4,677 nucleotides of DNA, from IMG/VR virus record IMGVR_UViG_2648501186_000009; one strand, written 5' to 3'. The DNA is from a virus. Lineage: Duplodnaviria; Heunggongvirae; Uroviricota; Caudoviricetes. Every line of letters starts with the position of its first letter. The stretch's first letter is position 1. Under the pieces are notes generated by a model, which made no database searches, was not told where the DNA came from, and was given only the letters and a program-made list of their open reading frames with translations. Below are positions 1-4,677 of the stretch, piece after piece. The position numbers were made by a program, and so were the translations under genes.

Positions 1-112
1 AACTGAAGTTGCCCTGAAAATGAAATTTTTTTGCACAACCGCAGAACTTTTCCGCAGGGCATCAGTCTTAATTAGTGCCACTGCTTTTCTTTGATGTCCC
101 CATTTTGTGGAG

Positions 113-155
113 CCCATCAACCCCGCCATTTCGGTTCAAGGTTGATGGGTTTTTT
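113..155 (+). terminator. Candidate rho-independent terminator in flanking (presumed host) DNA
   Basis: Perfect 10-bp inverted repeat cccatcaacc (113-122) / ggttgatggg (140-149) followed directly by TTTTTT (150-155). The loop is long (17 nt) but contains an internal ccg/cgg pair. No T-run in the minus-strand orientation, so it would terminate a plus-strand transcript arriving from upstream of the window. Confidence 0.4.
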
Positions 156-213
156 GTTGTCTGAAATTTATGCTGTTTAAAATCATGATGTTAGAAGCAC
201 TGTTTTTTAACGA

Positions 214-235
214 TGGCGACAAAATGGCGGCAGCG
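214..235. repeat. Direct repeat copy 1 (tggcgacaaaatggcggcagcg); putative att core at the ogr-proximal prophage junction (attR-like)
   Basis: Seen in sequence: 22 bp at 214-235 match 4638-4659 at 21/22 positions (single A/G difference at 224 vs 4648) in direct orientation. The copies sit immediately outside the ogr stop codon (236-238) and inside the 3' end of int, i.e. at the two extremities of the phage-like gene block. Confidence 0.7.
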
Positions 236-454
236 TCAAAGAGAGAGCGCCACCTGTCCTGATTTCATTGGATGCGGCTGAACCGGATTTGACTCTTTTG
301 GCGTTGCAATCGAACGAACAAAAGTTTCATGGGTAACAAAAGTATGGCTGCAGTTAATGTTCTGGCACTGGTTGTAACGCTCTTTGGTCAATGAAGATAC
401 CTGAAAACTGCTGCGAGTATGGGCGGCACTTCCACACAGTGGGCAAATCATCAT
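236..454 (-). CDS. ogr: Ogr/Delta-family zinc-finger late transcription activator
   Basis: The six-frame ORF 236..487 (-) contains MMICPLCGSAAHTRSS...KERYNQCQNINCSHTF, a C-x2-C...C-x4-C zinc-finger arrangement. The ...KERY.QCQN.NCS.TF... core matches what I recall of P2 Ogr. I place the start at the ATG at 454-452, which gives 72 aa (the size I recall for P2 Ogr) and has a GGGAGA Shine-Dalgarno 9 nt upstream. The longer ORF start at 487 has no such support. Confidence 0.85.
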   Translation of the reverse strand: MMICPLCGSAAHTRSSFQVSSLTKERYNQCQNINCSHTFVTHETFVRSIATPKESNPVQPHPMKSGQVALSL

Positions 455-491
455 TTTTCGAGCTCTCCCCATTTTTGCTAAATTCACAATA

Positions 492-519
492 ATGATACCG
501 CATTATTCCATTTTGCAAA
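492..519 (-). promoter_or_regulatory. Candidate sigma70 promoter for ogr (TTTGCA-N16-TATCAT on the minus strand)
   Basis: Read by eye on the reverse complement of the D-ogr intergenic region: -35-like TTTGCA (plus coords 519-514), 16-nt spacer, -10-like TATCAT (497-492). Moderate matches only. Confidence 0.3.
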
Positions 520-544
520 CTTAAAAGCTCTCCATTGCGAAGAA

Positions 545-1645
545 TCATTCCATTTCGAAATCATCAATCCTCACTTCAAGCTCCAGACTGGTCGTAAAAC
601 CGTTATCCGGGCTGACGGTATGCGTCAGAGTCGTAATGCTCCATTCCGCATCATCTATCGGCTGTTTAAAGCCACTGACTTTCACTGGCATTTCCGTGTA
701 GAGATCTGCCCGCCCTTCCGCCAGTTGTAGCGAGAATGACGCAACGCCGCGTTGCAGGCGTTCCCACTGCATTTTCGCTGCCCGTTCGGCGTTACTCCGA
801 TTAGCATAGGTGCGATTAAGTACCAGCACGTTTTCATCCGTCCCCACCAGGTAATCGCCCTGCTTCGCTTCCGGCTCTTTCTTCTGCTTCTTAGTCCTGC
901 GCTTACGCTTCACCGTAGTGCTTTCTTTCTTCGCGGGTTCGCGGGTATGCAACCAGCTGGCAATTACGCCCGTGTAAGCTCCGCGATCTGCCAGGGTAAA
1001 GCGGTGACTGTCGCCGTCCTTACGTGTGATAGTGATCACCGGCAGTGGTTTACCGCTGGCGCTTTTACCCTGACCCTGCCGGATGAATAACAGATTGCCA
1101 TTTTTCACCGATGCAATAGCACCGTACTGGCGCGCCAGCCGCATCAGAAAACTGCCGTCACTCTCATTAGTCTGGTCTATATGCTCCACGGGCTTATCCG
1201 ACAGGTCTTTACCCAGTGCCATCTTCAGCTTGTGCCGCGCGGCTATTTCCTTCACCACTTCCCCAACTGTGGTCTTGTGCCACGATTTTTCACGGCGGGT
1301 ATTCAGGGTTTCCCGAAAATCAGCACTTCGCGCCCGGATAGTCAGGCGGTCCGGTGCGCCAGTGTGTTCAATCTCGTCCACCGTGAATGCCCCTTTCGGG
1401 AAAAGCGGCTGCCCCTTCCAGCCCAGCGCCAGCGTAATGACCGCACCACGGCGCGGCAGCACGATTTTTCCGTCAGCGTCGTCCAGCTCCAGATCAAGCT
1501 GGTCCGCTTCAAAGCCCCGGTTATCCGTCAGCGTAAGCCCCATCAGGCGGTTGTCCAGCACAGTGGTTATATCCCTGCCTTCAATACTGATGCTGAATGC
1601 CGGAGTTTTGTTGCCTTTGTTAAGCAGTTCAGAGCTGAAATTCAC
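545..1645 (-). CDS. D: Phage tail protein D (P2 gpD / late control gene D family), apparently full length
   Basis: 366-aa ORF with segments characteristic of gpD as I recall it (TPAFS, LTLTDNRGFEADQLD, LPRRGAV, FTVDE..H.GAPD, IRARSADFR, HIDQ..ESD, ADRGAYTGV, a lysine/arginine-rich linker KRKRRTKKQKKEP, RGVA.FS..LA.GRAD.Y.E.PVKVSGFK, GFTTSLELEV). GTG start at 1645-1643 overlapping the upstream TGA stop (GTGA coupling), with GGGAGGG Shine-Dalgarno 8 nt upstream. Confidence 0.9.
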   Translation of the reverse strand: MNFSSELLNKGNKTPAFSISIEGRDITTVLDNRLMGLTLTDNRGFEADQLDLELDDADGKIVLPRRGAVITLALGWKGQPLFPKGAFTVDEIEHTGAPDRLTIRARSADFRETLNTRREKSWHKTTVGEVVKEIAARHKLKMALGKDLSDKPVEHIDQTNESDGSFLMRLARQYGAIASVKNGNLLFIRQGQGKSASGKPLPVITITRKDGDSHRFTLADRGAYTGVIASWLHTREPAKKESTTVKRKRRTKKQKKEPEAKQGDYLVGTDENVLVLNRTYANRSNAERAAKMQWERLQRGVASFSLQLAEGRADLYTEMPVKVSGFKQPIDDAEWSITTLTHTVSPDNGFTTSLELEVRIDDFEME

Positions 1646-2280
1646 GACAGCAGCCCTCCCACCGTTTTACTGATATCGCTTAAGGCAGACGTTGCCGTGT
1701 CCTGCAGATTATTCAGTTGAGTACTGAGATCACCGAACATATCGGACAGGGATTCATCCACCCGTTTTAGCGACAGGGTGAACTCAATCCTGCGCGGCAT
1801 ACCGTCGCGGAAAAACTCCGTTTTAGTCTGATTCAGTCCCTCAATCACATACATGCCGTAAATCGTGCCGCTACCTTCAATCAGGGGCCATGCTTTCCCC
1901 TGTTCTGCCATCTGCTCCAGTGCCAGCAACGACAGCCTGCCACCTGTTACCGCACCTGCAGCAACACGCCCGATCTCTGCGGTTGCACTCATGACGTAAT
2001 GTGGCAGTTTCTCTTTTGCCACCTCATTAATCGGTACACATGGCAGACAATGAATCTGTGCCAGAAAACCATCTACCAGCGTTGAATCTTCAGTCAGATC
2101 GGTAAGCAGCCAGATTTCTGGTGCGGTTAATAGATGAGGCTGAGCTGGGTTCAGCTTGTTCCGCAGAATCTGCGCATTCATGCCTGCACGTTCTGCCAGT
2201 TGCACCAGATTGTGGCGCAGTGCAAATGCACGACAGGCTTCATCAAAATGTGGATGTTTGGAAACTTGGTAATCAAACAT
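1642..2280 (-). CDS. Chimeric ORF: N-terminal ~110 aa of a phage 186 CII-type regulator fused in frame to the C-terminal ~100 aa of tail protein U (gpU); likely the prophage deletion junction
   Basis: N-terminal part [24 protein letters not shown]...LNPAQPH...[28 protein letters not shown] closely resembles the 186 CII sequence as I recall it. C-terminal part [31 protein letters not shown]...FF.DG.PR.I.FTLSL.RVDESL resembles P2 gpU. It sits directly upstream of D and is translationally coupled to it, as U is in P2. The switch in similarity occurs around residues 110-116 (nt ~1945-1955). Probable start is the ATG at 2280-2278 with an AGAGG Shine-Dalgarno; the ORF track's 2286 start is a TTG. 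Confidence 0.65.
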   Translation of the reverse strand: MFDYQVSKHPHFDEACRAFALRHNLVQLAERAGMNAQILRNKLNPAQPHLLTAPEIWLLTDLTEDSTLVDGFLAQIHCLPCVPINEVAKEKLPHYVMSATAEIGRVAAGAVTGGRLSLLALEQMAEQGKAWPLIEGSGTIYGMYVIEGLNQTKTEFFRDGMPRRIEFTLSLKRVDESLSDMFGDLSTQLNNLQDTATSALSDISKTVGGLLS

Positions 2281-2312
2281 GGTCAATGCCTCTGATGTAT
2301 TTCAGAATCGAA

Positions 2313-2534
2313 CTAATTAAGGTTTAGATTGCATTCTGAAAGCGCATCAACGGTCATGGCTGCTATGTTGATCATCACTTTTTCGCGTTTTTTATCTTTG
2401 CGCAAACGGTGACGGATAAGGCGTCCGTCAGCCAACATGTCATTGATGGTATCGATGGACAGCCCTGTCAGCTCGCTATAGCGCTCAATAGTCACATGAG
2501 GCGTGGTAAGAGTGATTGAAATGTTAGGTCTCAT
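2313..2534 (-). CDS. apl: Apl/Cox-like small DNA-binding regulator (putative excisionase / switch regulator)
   Basis: 73-aa ORF in the first position of the operon divergent from cI and directly upstream of the CII-like gene, i.e. the position of apl in phage 186. Contains a helix-turn-helix-like stretch ([23 protein letters not shown]). ATG at 2534-2532 with GAGGAA Shine-Dalgarno 9 nt upstream. Family assignment rests on position, size and the HTH, not on recalled sequence identity. Confidence 0.55.
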   Translation of the reverse strand: MRPNISITLTTPHVTIERYSELTGLSIDTINDMLADGRLIRHRLRKDKKREKVMINIAAMTVDALSECNLNLN

Positions 2535-2659
2535 GATGCAACATTCCTCGTTTAATGATGATTAATCAGGACGAATACGGATCGTTTGTATTTTGTGAAC
2601 ACCATAAACATACGATCGCACAATGAAATCGTCAAGATAAAAGTTCACTTGGAGTGACC
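2535..2659. promoter_or_regulatory. cI / apl intergenic switch region with candidate operator motifs
   Basis: 125-bp AT-rich region between the divergent cI and apl starts. Contains an inverted repeat ttaat-gatg-attaa (2552-2565) and two related motifs, atacggatcgtttgtat (2575-2591) and acatacgatcgcacaat (2608-2624), both carrying TACG(G)ATCG. The second overlaps the -10 of the candidate pR promoter. Confidence 0.4.
2607..2635 (-). promoter_or_regulatory. Candidate pR-type sigma70 promoter driving apl-cII' (TTGACG-N17-TATGTT on the minus strand)
   Basis: Reverse complement of 2601-2640 reads TTATCTTGACGATTTCATTGTGCGATCGTATGTTTATGGT: -35 TTGACG (plus 2635-2630), 17-nt spacer, -10 TATGTT (2612-2607). 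Predicted start near 2600, about 65 nt upstream of the apl ATG. Confidence 0.5.
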
Positions 2660-3229
2660 ATGAATTTGGAGAAAGGCGGACGAGGCGCTATAGAGCGCAT
2701 GGTAGAAGCTTATGGATTCAAAACTCGACAGGCGTTGTGCGATCATTTAGGAATCTCTAAAAGTACACTCGCCACACGCTACATGCGTGACTCATTCCCA
2801 GCAGAATGGGTAATCCAGTGCGCCCTTGAAACGGGCACCTCGCTTAATTGGCTCACAACCGGACATGGTTCAAAGCAAACTTCAGGTAATACAAATACTA
2901 TGGAAGTTGCTAAATATGTATTATCTGATGGTGCCTTGCGTGAAGACGGTTTTTATATTTTTGATAAGGGATTTCTACCCTCTACGTTTAAAAAACCTTT
3001 TGTCATCACAGATAACAATTCTGAATTTATTTGTGATAAAGAATTTGATGATATACGTGATGGTAAATGGGTAATAAGTATTGATGGCGAAGTAACGATC
3101 CGTGACATTACTCGTTTACCCGGTGGAAGAATCTTCGTCGAGGGTGGAAACAGAGCCTTCGAATGTAAGATAGAAGACATTGAAATAATTGGTAAAATTA
3201 TAAGTTTAACAGTCAAGTATGTTAAATAG
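2660..3229 (+). CDS. cI: Phage 186 CI-type immunity repressor
   Basis: 189 aa from the ATG at 2660 (the ORF track begins at an in-frame GTG at 2654). N-terminal region AYGF...L..H.GIS.S.L..RY.R...P.....QCALETG..L.WL.TG.G and C-terminal region (ITRLPGGRIFVEGGNRAFEC.I.DIE) both resemble the 186 CI repressor as I recall it; size also matches (~190 aa). Divergent from the apl-like gene, as in the 186 switch. GGAG 5 nt upstream of the ATG. Confidence 0.85.
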   Translation: MNLEKGGRGAIERMVEAYGFKTRQALCDHLGISKSTLATRYMRDSFPAEWVIQCALETGTSLNWLTTGHGSKQTSGNTNTMEVAKYVLSDGALREDGFYIFDKGFLPSTFKKPFVITDNNSEFICDKEFDDIRDGKWVISIDGEVTIRDITRLPGGRIFVEGGNRAFECKIEDIEIIGKIISLTVKYVK

Positions 3230-3244
3230 TACCGGGAGGAAACT

Positions 3245-3436
3245 ATGCTTGGTAAGGTATTTTTTGTGGTTTTGTCATGTTCTTTGTTATTAAACCCACT
3301 AACTACCTATGCTAGAAATTATCCCTGCTCAGGGAAAAAGGGAGGTGTTTCTCACTGTACCTCAGATGGCAAATTCGTTTGCAATGATGGAACTATTAGT
3401 AAATCCAAAAAAATCTGTACTAAAAACTCACGATAA
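3245..3436 (+). CDS. Small hypothetical protein (63 aa) with N-terminal signal peptide / hydrophobic segment and 4 cysteines; putative prophage moron
   Basis: ATG at 3245 preceded by GGGAGGA (3234-3240), starting 16 nt after the cI stop. N-terminus [23 protein letters not shown] is signal-peptide-like (possible signal peptidase I site after TYA, or a weak lipobox VLSC). The remainder is lysine-rich with Cys at 28, 38, 46 and 58. AT-rich relative to the D/U genes. No family recognised. Confidence 0.5.
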   Translation: MLGKVFFVVLSCSLLLNPLTTYARNYPCSGKKGGVSHCTSDGKFVCNDGTISKSKKICTKNSR

Positions 3437-3571
3437 CTTTTGCTTTTATATCTGCGTCTAAAATAAAAATGAGCCGCAGGTTAACCGCAAAAGTTACATG
3501 CTCACATAGCAAAAAGAATAGCCAACTTCATTATGGCTTCAGTGAGATGTATGGTCGTAGGATTTCATACA

Positions 3572-3599
3572 TTGACACTGGTTATACATACAGTAAAAA
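3572..3599 (+). promoter_or_regulatory. Candidate strong sigma70 promoter immediately upstream of int (TTGACA-N16-TAAAAT)
   Basis: Consensus -35 TTGACA at 3572-3577, 16-nt spacer, -10 TAAAAT at 3594-3599. Followed by GGAGGG (3611-3616) and the int ATG at 3625. Confidence 0.5.
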
Positions 3600-3624
3600 T
3601 GCTCTCTACTGGAGGGCATTTTTT

Positions 3625-4677
3625 ATGGCAGTACGAAAACTCACCACAGGGAAATGGCTTTGCGAATGTTACCCCGCCGGACGAAGTGGGCGTCGTGTGC
3701 GTAAACAATTCGCCACCAAAGGCGAAGCTCTGGCTTTTGAGCGTCACACTATGGAAGAAACCGAATCAAAGCCATGGCTGGGCGAATCAGTGGATCGTCG
3801 AACCCTGAAAGACGTGGTTGAGCTATGGTTCAAACTACATGGTAAATCTCTGACTGCTGGGCAGCATGTCTATGACAAATTGCTGCTGATGGTTGGCGCT
3901 CTGGGCAATCCTCTTGCAACCGATCTCACCTCTAAAATGTTTGCCCACTATCGAGATAAACGCCTGACAGGCGAGATCTACTTCAGCGAGAAATGGAAGA
4001 AAGGAGCAAGCCCGGTCACCATTAACCTGGAGCAAAGCTATCTAAGTAGTGTTTTTAGCGAACTATCCCGTCTGGGCGAATGGTCGTATCCGAACCCACT
4101 GGAGAACATGCGAAAATTCACCATCGCAGAAAAAGAGATGGCATGGCTTACCCATGAGCAGATTGTTGAATTACTGGCTGATTGCAAACGTCAGGACCCA
4201 ATTCTAGCACTGGTAGTTAAGATATGCTTAAGCACAGGCGCACGCTGGCGAGAAGCCGTAAATCTTACTCGTTCACAGGTGACCAAATACCGAATTACCT
4301 TTGTAAGAACGAAGGGGAAGAAAAACAGAAGTATCCCTATCAGTAAAGAGCTTTACGAAGAGATCATGGCGCTTGATGGGTTCAATTTCTTCACAGACTG
4401 CTATTTTCAATTTTTATCCGTGATGGAAAAAACGTCTATCGTGCTCCCTCGCGGTCAACTCACACACGTTCTGCGCCATACGTTTGCGGCGCACTTCATG
4501 ATGTCGGGTGGAAACATTCTGGCCTTACAAAAAATTCTCGGACACCACGATATAAAAATGACTATGCGTTACGCACATCTGGCACCGGATCATCTGGAAA
4601 CGGCGCTCCGTTTCAATCCTCTGGCAACGCTGCCAAGTGGCGACAAAGTGGCGGCAGCGGTTGGCATTACCCCGTAA
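3625..4677 (+). CDS. int: Tyrosine site-specific integrase, P2/186 integrase family
   Basis: 350 aa from the ATG at 3625 (GGAGGG Shine-Dalgarno 8 nt upstream). MAVRKLTTGKW...YPAGRSGRRVRKQFATKGEALAFE has the same N-terminal architecture as P2 Int as I recall it. Catalytic-domain motifs are present: LSTGARWREA (Arg), LPRGQLTHVLRHTFAAHF (His-x-x-Arg), GHHDIKMTMRYAHL (Tyr nucleophile). The 52 codons upstream in the ORF track (3469-3624) have no integrase similarity and contain the candidate promoter. The 3' end overlaps the att core copy at 4638-4659; the stop is the last three bases of the window. Confidence 0.9.
   Translation: MAVRKLTTGKWLCECYPAGRSGRRVRKQFATKGEALAFERHTMEETESKPWLGESVDRRTLKDVVELWFKLHGKSLTAGQHVYDKLLLMVGALGNPLATDLTSKMFAHYRDKRLTGEIYFSEKWKKGASPVTINLEQSYLSSVFSELSRLGEWSYPNPLENMRKFTIAEKEMAWLTHEQIVELLADCKRQDPILALVVKICLSTGARWREAVNLTRSQVTKYRITFVRTKGKKNRSIPISKELYEEIMALDGFNFFTDCYFQFLSVMEKTSIVLPRGQLTHVLRHTFAAHFMMSGGNILALQKILGHHDIKMTMRYAHLAPDHLETALRFNPLATLPSGDKVAAAVGITP
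4638..4659. repeat. Direct repeat copy 2 (tggcgacaaagtggcggcagcg); putative att core at the int-proximal prophage junction (attL-like)
   Basis: 21/22 identity to 214-235 in direct orientation. Lies within the last 40 nt of the int coding sequence. Confidence 0.7.

Larger units (their letters stand above)
214..4659. mobile_element. Deleted P2/186-family prophage remnant (immunity region plus D-ogr end only)
   Basis: Gene content and order (int, cI divergent from apl-cII', then 'U-D-ogr) match the two ends of a P2/186-type prophage. It is flanked by the 22-bp direct repeats. No replication, capsid, lysis or other tail genes are present between them. Confidence 0.8.

Noticed and set aside
236-487. 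Longer Ogr ORF starting at 487 (83 aa)
   Set aside because: The first 11 codons have no ribosome-binding site and would make the protein longer than the 72 aa I recall for P2 Ogr. The ATG at 454 has a well-placed GGGAGA and yields a 72-aa product.
354-548. 64-aa minus-strand ORF starting with an ATGA overlap on the D stop codon and overlapping the 5' part of ogr in another frame
   Set aside because: The ATG overlapping the D stop could suggest translational coupling, but the ORF would overlap the first ~100 nt of ogr out of frame, has no recognisable features, and occupies the ogr promoter/leader region. More likely chance. Would reconsider if ribosome profiling shows initiation at 548.
752-1720. 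Three plus-strand ORFs (752..1090, 1083..1673, 1181..1720) overlapping gene D
   Set aside because: They lie entirely antisense to a well-supported, GC-rich gpD coding sequence and have low-complexity Ser/Arg/Leu-rich translations typical of antisense frames in GC-rich genes. No ribosome-binding sites or recognisable domains.
2121-2327. 68-aa plus-strand ORF antisense to the CII-like N-terminus
   Set aside because: Overlaps the start of the CII'-'U gene on the opposite strand. No convincing ribosome-binding site and no recognisable family. Likely spurious.
2826-3216. ORFs 2826..3074 (+) and 2953..3216 (-) inside cI
   Set aside because: Alternative-frame and antisense ORFs embedded in the well-supported CI repressor gene. 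AT-rich low-complexity translations.
3437-3571. Possible terminator or structured element between the small ORF and int (including the ggttaacc palindrome around 3480-3487)
   Set aside because: Only short AT-rich or 8-bp palindromic segments. No stable stem followed by a T-run that I could verify by eye.
3469-3624. N-terminal 52-codon extension of the integrase ORF (start at 3469)
   Set aside because: The extension has no similarity to integrase N-termini, contains the candidate promoter TTGACA-N16-TAAAAT, and the ATG at 3625 is preceded by a strong GGAGGG site and begins the conserved MAVRKL...G.W sequence. The real start is most likely 3625.
3533-4035. ORFs 3533..3808 (+), 3565..3747 (-), 3835..4035 (-) overlapping int
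   Set aside because: Embedded in or antisense to the integrase gene, with no independent support.
1-4677. CRISPR arrays, rRNA or tRNA genes, insertion-sequence inverted repeats
   Set aside because: No regularly spaced direct repeats, no tRNA-like cloverleaf segments and no transposase-like ORFs were seen. The only long-range repeat is the 22-bp att-like pair.

Overview
The window appears to hold a heavily deleted P2/186-family (Peduovirus-like) prophage remnant of about 4.4 kb, bounded by a 22-bp imperfect direct repeat (214-235 and 4638-4659, 21/22 identical) that I interpret as the att cores. Only the two ends of the phage survive. On the minus strand: an Ogr-type zinc-finger late activator, an apparently full-length tail protein D, a chimeric ORF whose N-terminal two thirds looks like a 186 CII-type regulator and whose C-terminal third looks like tail protein U, and an Apl/Cox-like small regulator. 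On the plus strand: a 186 CI-type repressor, a 63-aa signal-peptide-bearing cysteine-rich small ORF, and a P2-type tyrosine integrase whose 3' end runs through the right-hand att core. All replication, head, lysis and most tail genes are missing; the deletion junction appears to sit inside the CII'-'U chimeric ORF near 1945-1955. Readable sigma70-like promoters are present for the rightward-type operon (apl side) and immediately upstream of int. Positions 1-213 look like flanking host DNA with a terminator-like hairpin. All family assignments are from recognising the translated sequences by eye and memory, with no database search run. The most novel candidates are the in-frame CII-U fusion, the uncharacterised small secreted peptide in the cI-int moron position, and the possibility that this is a domesticated immunity module.
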